Part shown: positions 44,765-54,292 of the stretch, piece by piece
Layout of the letters: each line of letters opens with the position of its first letter
Position numbering within the stretch: position 1 is the first letter of the stretch
NCBI GenBank assembly: GCA_011523765.1
Contig: WTGA01000163.1
Span: 9,100 to 73,099 of the forward strand
Source: Gammaproteobacteria bacterium
Lineage (GTDB): Bacteria; Pseudomonadota; Gammaproteobacteria; Arenicellales; Poriferihabitantaceae
Direction of reading: 5' to 3'
DNA length: 64,000 nucleotides
Position numbers and translations under genes: made by a program
The notes under the pieces: model-generated
Databases searched by the model: none
What the model was told of the DNA's origin: nothing
The model's input: the letters and a program-made list of their open reading frames with translations, nothing else

Positions 44765-46582
44765 ATGGTCATGAAATCAATATTGATCCTTCTGGTCTCC
44801 TTGATCTGTACGGTTTCAGTGCATTCTGCCCAGGCATACGAGCTGACCATTCTTCATCTCAACGATCATCATTCGCACCTGGGGACGAACCAGATGGACC
44901 TGCCGCTGGGCGGCGAGGAAACGCGGGTTTTGAGCGGCGGATTCCCCGCAGTCGCCACGTTCATGTCGAGTTTCGCATCCACTGCCCCGAACGTGATCAA
45001 GCTCCATGCGGGCGACGCGGTTTCCGCCGGCCTCTACTACACCCGATTCAAGGGGGCGGCCGACGCGGCCCTGATGAATTTCGTGTGTTTTGATGCCTTC
45101 GCACTGGGCAATCACGAATTTGATGACGGCGACGCAGGCCTGGCAACCTTTATCGACCATCTTCACGACGGTTCCTGCAGGACGCCCGTGCTGGCAGCGA
45201 ATGTAAAACCCGAAATCGGGGTATCGCCGCTTGCCAGGAACTCTGCAACGGATTACCTGCACCCCTCGACCGTGCTCGAACGGAACGGTGAAGAGATTGG
45301 CATCATCGGGATCGTTGCCGCCAAAAAGACCAAATTGTCCTCCCGCCCGGACCCGACGACCGAGTTTCTCGACGAAACCGAGACCGCCCAGGCCGAGATC
45401 GACCGGTTGCGGGCGCAGGGCATCAACAAGCTCGTACTGCTCACCCACATCCAGTACCAGAACGACATCGCCATGGCACAACAATTGAGTGGCGTGGACG
45501 TGATCGTCGGAGGCGATTCACATAGCCTGCTCGGTTCCGGATTCGAGCCCCTTGGCCTGGACCCAACCGGAGAGTACCCCACCGTGGTGAAGAACCGGGA
45601 TGGTGAAACCGTCTGCGTTGTGCAGGCCTGGGAATACGCCAATGTCGTCGGTGCCCTGTCGGTCACGTTCGACGATTCCGGTCGTGTGACACGTTGTGCC
45701 GGCACCCCCCGCCTGCTGCTGGCGGACAGTTTCAGACGCCGGAATGACGGGCCGGTGCACACCGAACTGGACGGCACGGCACGCGATGAAGTACTCGCCG
45801 AGATCCAGGCCAACCCCTTGCTTCACCTGGTGACGGTGGACCCGGCGGCCCAGCGGGCTCTGGACCGGTTCGCCGAAGACATTGATGTCATGGACCAGAC
45901 ACGGATTGCCATCTCGGCACAGGTGTTGTGCACGGAAAACATCCCGGGCCAGGGCCGGTCCAATGCGTGTGGCCCGGATGATACCGCCGCCCACGGCAGT
46001 GACCTCTCCAATATTGTCGCAAAGGCCTTCCTGAAAATGAGAGAAACGTCCGATATTGCCATCCAAAACGGCGGCGGCGCGCGGACGGATATTCTCCAGG
46101 GGGAGGTGACCGTCGGGGATGCCTACGCACTGCTGCCCTTCGACAACACCCTGGTTGAACTGGCCATGACGGGTGCCGAAATCATCCAGGTACTGGAAGA
46201 GGCGCTGGATTTCGCTCTTTCCGAAGGTGGAGCGACCGGTGCCTACCCCTACGCCTCCGGGTTAAGATGGACCGCCGACAGTTCAAAACCCATGGGGAAC
46301 CGGTTCAGCCATGTCGAGATCAATCCGAGGCTATCCGGTTCCTGGACAGCCATTGATCTCGAGAAAACCTACAAGGTCATTGCCAACAGTTACATTGCGG
46401 GGGGCCAGGATGGATACGCCACCTTTCGCCGGGTATCGGAACGCGGCGATGCACTGGACACCTATCTCGACTATGCCCAGCCGTTCATCGAATACGCTCG
46501 CGCAACCGGTACGTTGCGGAAGTTGCCAGCTTCGGAGTACAGCACCCAGGTTTTCATCAACCCGAAGGGCGAAGGTCAATAG
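44765..46582 (+). CDS. Secreted bifunctional metallophosphatase/5'-nucleotidase (UshA/NadN-like)
   Basis: It has a signal peptide (..SVHSAQA), metallophosphatase motifs (LHLNDHHSH, GDAVS, GNHEFD) and a C-terminal 5'-nucleotidase domain. Confidence 0.9.
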   Translation: MVMKSILILLVSLICTVSVHSAQAYELTILHLNDHHSHLGTNQMDLPLGGEETRVLSGGFPAVATFMSSFASTAPNVIKLHAGDAVSAGLYYTRFKGAADAALMNFVCFDAFALGNHEFDDGDAGLATFIDHLHDGSCRTPVLAANVKPEIGVSPLARNSATDYLHPSTVLERNGEEIGIIGIVAAKKTKLSSRPDPTTEFLDETETAQAEIDRLRAQGINKLVLLTHIQYQNDIAMAQQLSGVDVIVGGDSHSLLGSGFEPLGLDPTGEYPTVVKNRDGETVCVVQAWEYANVVGALSVTFDDSGRVTRCAGTPRLLLADSFRRRNDGPVHTELDGTARDEVLAEIQANPLLHLVTVDPAAQRALDRFAEDIDVMDQTRIAISAQVLCTENIPGQGRSNACGPDDTAAHGSDLSNIVAKAFLKMRETSDIAIQNGGGARTDILQGEVTVGDAYALLPFDNTLVELAMTGAEIIQVLEEALDFALSEGGATGAYPYASGLRWTADSSKPMGNRFSHVEINPRLSGSWTAIDLEKTYKVIANSYIAGGQDGYATFRRVSERGDALDTYLDYAQPFIEYARATGTLRKLPASEYSTQVFINPKGEGQ

Positions 46583-46670
46583 AACCGCTGGCACAAGACC
46601 CGCCGCAGCAGTTCCGCCGGACGAATGAAAGATCACGTGCAGGTAAAAACCCGCTTCGACGGCACCTTTG

Positions 46671-46737
46671 GTCCGAAAATTGAAGAGCATTTCGGATGTC
46701 ACTGAAACTGTCCGAAATATGTGCTATATTTCGGACA
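46671..46737 (+). promoter_or_regulatory. AbiEi-type operator: two inverted repeats built from four ATTTCGGA(C/T)(A/G) half-sites, overlapping a TATATT -10
   Basis: IR1 is GTCCGAAAAT (46671-46680) / ATTTCGGATG (46689-46698). IR2 is a perfect TGTCCGAAAT (46709-46718) / ATTTCGGACA (46728-46737). TATATT lies at 46725-46730, and the last base of IR2 is the A of the abiEi ATG. Confidence 0.6.
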
Positions 46738-47405
46738 TGGCAACCTTGACACAAGATACCGGTTTGCGCTCCCGCCTCCTTGCACGGATGGCGGCCAACC
46801 CGGACGAGGTCTGGGTGCCCGGAGACTTTGCCGATCTCGGCAATCGCGCTGCCGTCGATAAAACCCTCCAACGCCTGGTTGCAGCCAGCAACCTGCGTCG
46901 CATAGACCGTGGACTCTACGACCGCCCGCGTACCAATGGACTGACCGGACGTCCGGCCGTGCCCGACTATCGCGCGATCATCCGCGCCATCACCCGTCGG
47001 GACCAGGCGCGCGTTCTCATTGATGGAATGACCGCCGCCAACGAGATTGGCCTCACCACCGCCGTCCCGGCGCAAATTGAGGTTCTGGTCGATGCACGGC
47101 TGAAACCAATCAAGCTGGGCCGACAGGAGATTCATTTCCGATATGTGGCCCCTAGCCGCCTCTATTGGGCCGGACGACCAGCTATGAGAGTGGTTCAGGC
47201 ATTGTACTGGCTGAAGGACATGCTGCCCCAGGATGACGAACGGCGACGCATCCAGGTCGCGTTACGCCGCATTTTCACGGACCCCCAACGCGGACAGGCG
47301 ATCCGCAACGATCTGGAGGTAGGTTTTTCCGCAATACCGATCTGGATGCAGGAATTCCTGCGCGATCTGTTGAGAGCCTCGGACGCAGACCAGATGCGCC
47401 CGTGA
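46737..47405 (+). CDS. abiEi: Type IV toxin-antitoxin system antitoxin, AbiEi family (DUF6088-like)
   Basis: The sequence VPGDFADLGNRAAVDKTLQRLVAASNLRRIDRGLYDRP is an AbiEi-type N-terminal wHTH. The gene overlaps the downstream NTase gene by 4 nt (GTGA). I preferred the start at ATG 46737 over the track's TTG at 46668. Confidence 0.8.
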   Translation: MATLTQDTGLRSRLLARMAANPDEVWVPGDFADLGNRAAVDKTLQRLVAASNLRRIDRGLYDRPRTNGLTGRPAVPDYRAIIRAITRRDQARVLIDGMTAANEIGLTTAVPAQIEVLVDARLKPIKLGRQEIHFRYVAPSRLYWAGRPAMRVVQALYWLKDMLPQDDERRRIQVALRRIFTDPQRGQAIRNDLEVGFSAIPIWMQEFLRDLLRASDADQMRP

Positions 47406-48466
47406 CCGCAGCAGCCTACAGGCAGTTCAGCACCGCGTCCGCACGTGATCGCCTCGATATGTTTCTCTCCGCTGCCAACCGTCTCGGCACTCCGGTCAAC
47501 CATGTCGAGAAGGACTTCTGGGTCTGCTGGACGTTGAACGCGCTCTATCGCGAGCGGCCTGCCAACGCACCCCGTCTCCTCTTCAAGGGTGGCACATCCC
47601 TGTCAAAAGCCTACGGCCTGATTCAGCGCTTTTCCGAGGATATCGACATCACGGTGTTCCGCGATGACCTCGATGAACCGGCATCAATCGAGGAACTGGA
47701 AACCCTGTCCGGAAAGAAACGCCGGGCCCGACTGGATACGATCAGGAATGCATGTCGTGCCTATATCACCGGTCCACTCCGGGAATTCCTGGACGCACAG
47801 ATCACAGATGCCACCAGCGCCGCCGGACGCATTGAGGTCGACGACGCCGACCCCGACGGACAGACATTGCTCGTCTTGTATCCCGAAGTCGAACTGCGCG
47901 ACGAATCCTATGTGCGACCGGCCGTGCGAATCGAATTCGGCGCGAAGTCGGCTCTCGACCCTCACCGCCAGGTCACGGTCCGGCCCTATATCGATGACGA
48001 TGCCGCTGCTCTCAACCTCGCGGTTGACGGCTTGACCACCATTGATGCTACCCGCACATTCTGGGACAAGGTGGTGATCGCGCATGGTCTGCGCCGCTGG
48101 TATGAACGACGAGGCGCTCTCCGACAGGAAGGACAGCGCGTGTCACGGCACTACTACGACCTCCATTGTCTCCTGCGCTCGGAGGTGGGCACACCGGCCC
48201 TCTTAGATCGGCATCTGGGAGTCGACTGCGTACGACATGCGCGTATGTTCTTCGACCGACCCGATTACGACCTCTCTTCGGCAGTGCCAGGGACGTTCAC
48301 AATTGTACCGACCAGAGCAATGACTGACGCTCTCTCCCGCGACTACACCAACACCATAGCCATGATCTTCGGTGAGGCCCCTGCCTTCGACGAAATCCTG
48401 GCATCAGTCGACAAGATTGAACGGGCGTTGAACTGTCAAGACGAGGCTTCGGATCGCCGACCGTAG
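47402..48466 (+). CDS. abiEii: Nucleotidyltransferase toxin, AbiEii/AbiGii (DUF1814) family
   Basis: It has the Pol-beta-type NTase motif FKGGTSLSKAYGLIQRFSEDIDITV. Its size (354 aa) and translational coupling to abiEi also fit. Confidence 0.85.
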   Translation: MTAAAYRQFSTASARDRLDMFLSAANRLGTPVNHVEKDFWVCWTLNALYRERPANAPRLLFKGGTSLSKAYGLIQRFSEDIDITVFRDDLDEPASIEELETLSGKKRRARLDTIRNACRAYITGPLREFLDAQITDATSAAGRIEVDDADPDGQTLLVLYPEVELRDESYVRPAVRIEFGAKSALDPHRQVTVRPYIDDDAAALNLAVDGLTTIDATRTFWDKVVIAHGLRRWYERRGALRQEGQRVSRHYYDLHCLLRSEVGTPALLDRHLGVDCVRHARMFFDRPDYDLSSAVPGTFTIVPTRAMTDALSRDYTNTIAMIFGEAPAFDEILASVDKIERALNCQDEASDRRP

Positions 48467-49072
48467 CCGACGACTCATGTTTATGCTCATTTCGGCGACT
48501 TGGCACGCCTCTCGTGGAGCGGTGGATAAACAACCCTATTCGAATCACAAATACAAGACCCGCGACGCTTCGCTCCGATGAGCGGCAACCTTCAGTGAAA
48601 TACGCAGTCACCTTCGCGTGGTTTGGGTGGTCATGTTCAATGGAATACGCAATACAAGGTCAGTGCAGTACCTCCATACAGGCGCAGTTGACCGGACAGA
48701 GACCCCGTGCAGCCCCACAATTGCCGCATCCCATCATCCATGAATCCATGGCGACCCGGCTGTGGTATTGGCAGAGTGTCCATCCAGAAAGCATCGCATA
48801 CACCCCCGCATTTTCTTCAAACAAACGGCACGTTGGGGGCCGCTTGGTTGACCCCACGACCCATCTGCATTGCGATAAGGAACGGTCATTCCAGACCTGA
48901 ACCCAGTCCGATGACAGGCCACCGCCCGTCAGCATTGAAAGGCCGGGAGCGCCATTTCAGACAAACCCAACCCCTTTGTGCATCCGTCGCCACCGATGGC
49001 CGGACCGGGCAAGTCGCGTGCACCCGCTTGGCACGGGGGTTTCGACCGCAGTTCGTCTGCCAGACTCCAGAG

Positions 49073-50378
49073 TCAGCAATCCAGGGTGTGGTCCCGCTCC
49101 CACTGACTTATGGACCGGGTGAAGTCTTCCCATTCGTCCATTTTCAGCTTGCAGTAGGCATCGACCAAGGGCGCACCCAACTGCTCTTTGAGTGCCCCCC
49201 CTTTTTCGGTCAGGCGGATCGCGTCCAGCAGGTTCAGCGGCAGTTTCTTCAACCCCTGCACGGTGTGGCCCTGCGTATACATATTGATATCGAGACGTTT
49301 CCCCGGGTCCCGTTTGTGGGCAATTCCGTCCAGGCCGGCAGCGAGAATGCCTGCCTGCAGCAAATAGGGGTTTGCGGCACCATCCATCAGGCGCAACTCG
49401 AATCGACCCGCATCCGGAATGCGCACCATATGAGTGCGGTTGTTACCGCCATAGCTCACTGAACTCGGTGACCAGGTGGCGCCAGACAGGGTGCGCGGAG
49501 CATTGATTCGCTTGTAACTGTTCACAGTCGGGTTGAAGATCGAGGACAGTTCCTCCACGTTATGCATGATCCCACCAAGAAAATGGTACGCCAGAGCGGA
49601 AAGTCCCATCTCATCATCTGCATCCTCGAAAAGGTTGTTCGCCCGGGCTGTCCCACAGCGAGACATGGGCGTGGCATCCGTTCCCCGTGAGATTGGAAAA
49701 CGGCTTGGGCATGAAAGTGGCCCGCAGTCCATGGTTCTCGGCGATCTGCTTGGTCATGTACTTGAAAAACACGTGACGGTCGGCGGTCTTCAGGCAGTCG
49801 TCATAGTCCCAGTTCATTTCAAACTGCCCATTCGCGTCTTCATGGTCGTTCTGGTACGGCCCCCATCCCAATTCAATCATGCTGTCGCAAATCGCGGTGA
49901 TCACGTCATATCGCCGCATCAGGGCGGACTGGTCGTAACAGGGCTTTGACTGGATATCCCGGTCATCCGCGATCCCGGTGCCTGCTGCATTGACCAGAAA
50001 ATATTCGCATTCCACCCCCGTTTTGAGGCGGTACCCCTGTTTTTCGGCCTTCGCGATCTGCGCTTTCAGGGCGACCCGTGGGGAAGCTTCTATGGCCTGC
50101 CCGTCAATATACAAATCCCCGGCAAGCCACCCCACTTCCGGTTTCCAGGGCAACTGGATGAGGCTTTCCGGGTCCGGGACCGCAAACATGTCCCCATCGG
50201 CGGGACTCATGTCCAGCCAGGCTGCGAATCCTGCAAACCCGGCCCCTTCCTCCTGCATCGCCCCGATCGCCCGGGCCGGGACGAGTTTCGAACGAAGGAC
50301 CCCAAACAAATCGACGAAACTGATCAGGAAATATTGGATGTTCCGGTCTTTTGCAACTGCATCGAGATCTACGGTCAT
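49073..50378 (-). pseudogene. Glutamine synthetase-like (GlnT/gamma-glutamyl-amide synthetase type) gene interrupted by a frameshift
   Basis: Two overlapping ORFs (49614-50378 and 49073-49732) together encode one GS-type protein (..TGNGCHAHVSLWD | NNLFEDADDEMGLS..NSYKRI..). The frame changes at the CCCGGG run at 49642-49647, and removing one base restores a continuous reading frame. Confidence 0.75.
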
Positions 50379-50515
50379 TTTTGGTCACCTTAATTTTGTG
50401 TCAATGTCATTGGCTTCAATCATAGCAGGGCCGTTGGGAAAAACCATGTCCTTTCAGCGGGATATCGGGTCACAGCCAACGGACAGGGAGATACGCATGA
50501 AACCCGGCCGATCCG

Positions 50516-51841
50516 CTACAACCGGCTGCCTGGAATCCAGTCCGTCCCGGCCAGCGGAATCTTTGCCATCGCGGCCGCTTCAATGGTCAGGGCCACCATG
50601 TCTTCCGGTTCCAGGTTCCGGACATTGGTTTTACCCGCTGCACGGGCCAGGGTCTGGGTTTCCAGGGTCAGCACTCGCAAGTAGTTGGCCACGCGCCGGC
50701 CGGCCAGTGCGGGATCCAGCCGCTTGCCAAGTTCCGGGTCCTGGGTGGAAATACCGGAGGGGTCCTTGCCGTCCTGGTAGTCATCATAGTACCCGGCACT
50801 CGTTCCCAGCGCATTGTATCCCTGTTCATGCTCGGGCGAGTTGTCCCCCATCGCGATGAGCGCCGCGGTTCCGATGGAAACCGCGTCCGCACCCAATGCC
50901 AGGGCCTTGGCAACATCCGCCCCCGAGCGGATTCCCCCGGAAACGATCAGCTGCACTTCACGGTGCATCCCCATGTCCTGCAAGGCATCCACCGCAATGC
51001 GCGTCGCCGGCAATGTCGGGATGCCGACATGCTCGATGAACACATCCTGGGTCGCGGCCGTACCGCCCTGCATGCCGTCGACCACCACCACATCCGCACC
51101 GGCCTTGACAGCCAGCTGCACGTCGAAAAAGGTTCTTGTCGCCCCCACTTTAATATAAATGGGGACCTGCCAATCGGTGATTTCCCGCAGCTCCTGTACC
51201 TTGATTTCCAGGTCATCCGGCCCGGTCCAGTCCGGATGCCGGCAGGCACTGCGCTGGTCAATCCCCTTGGGCAGGTTCCGCATTTCAGCCACGCGGTCGC
51301 TGATCTTCTGTCCCAGCAGCATTCCCCCGCCGCCCGGTTTTGCGCCCTGACCCACCACGACTTCAATGGCATCGGCCTTTCTCAGGTCATCCGGGTTCAT
51401 TCCGTAGCGCGACGGCAAATACTGGTAAACCAGCTTGGTCGAATGCCCCCGCTCCTCGGCCGTCATGCCCCCGTCTCCCGTGGTGGTACTCGTCCCGACT
51501 TCCGATGCACCGCGGCCCAGTGCTTCCTTCGCCTGGGCGGACAAGGCGCCAAAACTCATGCCGGCGATGGTGATGGGGGTGGAAATGGTGATGGGTTTCC
51601 GGGCAAACCGGGTTCCCAGCGTGACCGAGGTTTCACATTTTTCCCGATACCCTTCCAGGGGGTATCGGGACATGCTTGCCCCCAAAAACAGCAAATCATC
51701 GAAAGTGGGGACAGCGCGCTTGGCACCAAATCCGCGGATATCATAAATCCCTTCTCTGGCAGCCCGCTGGATCTCACGTATGACAGGACGTGAAAATGTC
51801 GCGGACTCCAGCAACCAGGATCGGTCGGGTGTTTTACTCAT
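50516..51841 (-). CDS. FMN-dependent glutamate synthase-like subunit (GltB domain 2 homologue; GlxD/MgsC type)
   Basis: It contains GAKPGGGG and VVVDGMQGGTAATQ motifs. I placed the start at the ATG at 51841 (MSKTPDRS), which has a GGAGAG SD; the track's upstream extension is spurious. Confidence 0.85.
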   Translation of the reverse strand: MSKTPDRSWLLESATFSRPVIREIQRAAREGIYDIRGFGAKRAVPTFDDLLFLGASMSRYPLEGYREKCETSVTLGTRFARKPITISTPITIAGMSFGALSAQAKEALGRGASEVGTSTTTGDGGMTAEERGHSTKLVYQYLPSRYGMNPDDLRKADAIEVVVGQGAKPGGGGMLLGQKISDRVAEMRNLPKGIDQRSACRHPDWTGPDDLEIKVQELREITDWQVPIYIKVGATRTFFDVQLAVKAGADVVVVDGMQGGTAATQDVFIEHVGIPTLPATRIAVDALQDMGMHREVQLIVSGGIRSGADVAKALALGADAVSIGTAALIAMGDNSPEHEQGYNALGTSAGYYDDYQDGKDPSGISTQDPELGKRLDPALAGRRVANYLRVLTLETQTLARAAGKTNVRNLEPEDMVALTIEAAAMAKIPLAGTDWIPGSRL

Positions 51842-51857
51842 GGCCGGGATCTCTCCT

Positions 51858-52550
51858 TCAGTAGGCATCAGCATTGTCGACTTCAAAGTTGTACAACCTG
51901 CGGGCGGACCCATAGCGTCGGAACTCGTCTGCCCGGTGTTCCATGCCGGCTTTCTCCAGCAACGCCTGCAGTTCTTCAGTATGCTCCGGTTCCATGGGTT
52001 TTTCGATGCAGTCCGTCCCCAGGCTTCCCACCCTGCCCCGGACATACATTCTTGCTTCATAAATTGAATCTCCCAGGGAATCGCCGGTGTCGCCACAGAC
52101 CACCAGCCGGCCACTTTGCGCCATGAATGCGCTCATGTGGCCGATGGACCCTCCCACCACAATGTCACTGCCTTTCATGGAGATTCCGCATCGCGCCGCT
52201 GCATCCCCCTGGATGACCAGCAACCCGCCATGGGAAGTCGCCCCGCAATATTGCGAGGCATTGCCATGTACCCGTACTGAACCGGACATCATGTTTTCGG
52301 CCAGTCCGGGACCGGCATTGCCGTGGATGACAATATCGGCCTGCTGGTTCATTCCCGCACAGTAATAGCCCACATGGCCGTGGATGGTGACCGAACACGG
52401 ATACCGGGCACCGCAGGCCACATTGTGCTTGCCACCCGGATTGGAGACTTCAAACTCCTTCATTCGGGCCTGTTCCTGGTGCAGCGCCGAATTGAGTGCG
52501 CGGACCGGGTTGCCCTGCAGGTCAAATTTTTCCATCAGCTTCTTTCCCAA
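51858..52550 (-). CDS. GXGXG-motif protein (glutamate synthase alpha-subunit C-terminal domain homologue; GlxC/MgsB type)
   Basis: It has repeated beta-helix G-x-G motifs (IHGNAGPGLAENMMSG, VHGNASQYCGA, IQGDAAARCGISMKGS). Confidence 0.85.
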   Translation of the reverse strand: MGKKLMEKFDLQGNPVRALNSALHQEQARMKEFEVSNPGGKHNVACGARYPCSVTIHGHVGYYCAGMNQQADIVIHGNAGPGLAENMMSGSVRVHGNASQYCGATSHGGLLVIQGDAAARCGISMKGSDIVVGGSIGHMSAFMAQSGRLVVCGDTGDSLGDSIYEARMYVRGRVGSLGTDCIEKPMEPEHTEELQALLEKAGMEHRADEFRRYGSARRLYNFEVDNADAY

Positions 52551-53431
52551 CTGTAAATGGTTGCCGGCTCCGGTTCCCAGATCCTCGCCTTCTCATTTCC
52601 CGGCAGCTGGGCAATGGCCCGGAACTCCGAAGACATGGCGACCCAATCTTCCGTTTCCGCGATCACGGCCGGTTTGCAGGCAATGGGGTCCCGCAGGACC
52701 GCAAACCCGTCTTCCGTGCCAATGGCAAAGGTGTAAAACCCGTCCAGGTCCGCAATCGCGGCCTCCATGGCTTCATTGAGCGAAGCCCCCTGGCCCAATC
52801 GCCAAGTCAGATATCCGGCCGCCACCTCGCTGTCGTTGTCTGTCTGGAACCGGATTCCTTCTGCCCGCAGCCTTTCTCTCAGGCGGTTGTGATTGGACAG
52901 GGAGCCGTTGTGCACCAGGCAAAGATCCCGTCCGGTATTGAACGGATGGGAGTGGGCGGTGGTGACGGCGCTTTCGGTGGCCATCCGGGTATGTCCCAGT
53001 GCATGGGTACCCGCCATTTCACTCAGGTGGAATTTGTCGATGACCTGGCTGGGCAACCCCTTCTCCTTGAAGATTTCAATGGCATTTCCCACGCTCGTGA
53101 TCCGGACATGCTCCAGGTTGGCCTCAATCCAGCTGGCCGCTCGGTCCGCATCGCATTTCATGGTCGCCACGCCGTGGGAGGCAATGGGCACAATCCGTGC
53201 ACCGGCCTCCAGGTTTTCCCGGAGGACCCGTTCAACGTCCTTCCAGTCCGCTTCATCGTCTCCCTGCAGGGTAATTTTCACGGACCCTTCGGAAACGGGA
53301 TCATGATAAATAGCCACCCCGGCACTGTCGGGTCCCCTTTCGGTCATTTTCTCCAGCATGGCCGAAACCATCCGGCCCAGATGGTTCTCCAGGCCGGGAG
53401 ATTTTGTATACAGCCCTACGATTCCACACAT
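52535..53431 (-). CDS. Class II glutamine amidotransferase-like subunit (GlxB/MgsA type)
   Basis: It has the N-terminal nucleophile MCGIVG. It overlaps the next gene by 16 nt. Confidence 0.85.
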   Translation of the reverse strand: MCGIVGLYTKSPGLENHLGRMVSAMLEKMTERGPDSAGVAIYHDPVSEGSVKITLQGDDEADWKDVERVLRENLEAGARIVPIASHGVATMKCDADRAASWIEANLEHVRITSVGNAIEIFKEKGLPSQVIDKFHLSEMAGTHALGHTRMATESAVTTAHSHPFNTGRDLCLVHNGSLSNHNRLRERLRAEGIRFQTDNDSEVAAGYLTWRLGQGASLNEAMEAAIADLDGFYTFAIGTEDGFAVLRDPIACKPAVIAETEDWVAMSSEFRAIAQLPGNEKARIWEPEPATIYSWERS

Positions 53432-53531
53432 CTTCTTTTTTCCAAGTCAACAAAGCTCCCGGGGAGCATAGCAGTTTGCGGGACAAAAATATACCTGCAG
53501 TGAATTTTGTTTCCTGTCAGGAAATACGATT

Positions 53532-54140
53532 CTACGGGTTTTCCGCGTTGCCGACAATCACCGCGAGAAGGCGTATCGGCAATGCAAGAAGCTCTTCCGG
53601 TCCGTGGGGCGCATCGGAATCGAAATACAGGGAATCCCCCTCGCACAGATGATAGGTCCGGCTGGCATGGCGATAGACCACCTCGCCTTCAAGCACGTAG
53701 ATGAACTCCACCCCCTCATGCTGGAACAACGGGAAGACATCGGATTTCTCCGTCAGGGTAATGAGATACGGCTCGACCGACGGATGGTGGCTGCTTGAAT
53801 GGCCGAGCAGTTGATACTGGTGCCCGGCCCGGGTCCCCTGCCTTTGGATGGTCAGCCCTTCTCCCGACTTGACACTGGTGGCTTCCCGGGTTTCCTCATA
53901 CATTCGGAACAGGGAGGTCACGGGCACGTTCAGTGCCTGACTCAATGCTCTCAGGGTGGCCAGGGAGGGCGATGTCTGGCCATTTTCGACTTTGGACAAC
54001 ATCCCGGAAGACAGGTTCGCCTGGAGGGCCAAATCGGCGACGGTGATCCCCTGTTTCAGACGGTAGGCCCTGACCTGCCGGCCGATGGACAGTTCAAGCG
54101 CATTCTCGCGGATGTATCTCGACGGATCGTTTTCATTCAT
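53532..54140 (-). CDS. XRE-family transcriptional regulator with C-terminal cupin domain
   Basis: It has an HTH (ITVADLALQANLSSGMLSKVENGQTSPSLATL) followed by a cupin fold. It is divergent from the Rieske gene. Confidence 0.85.
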   Translation of the reverse strand: MNENDPSRYIRENALELSIGRQVRAYRLKQGITVADLALQANLSSGMLSKVENGQTSPSLATLRALSQALNVPVTSLFRMYEETREATSVKSGEGLTIQRQGTRAGHQYQLLGHSSSHHPSVEPYLITLTEKSDVFPLFQHEGVEFIYVLEGEVVYRHASRTYHLCEGDSLYFDSDAPHGPEELLALPIRLLAVIVGNAENP

Positions 54141-54292
54141 AATTCCACTCCGTGGGCACCGGTTGCCGGGTCCAGCCGGACCGGACCCTCCGCAACGGAC
54201 ACCTGAGTGATTCTAAAGGAAACGTCGAACAGGTAAAATACGAGAAACTGTCATTCGTGCCATCAACCAACCGATATGGAGCGCATCGAACC

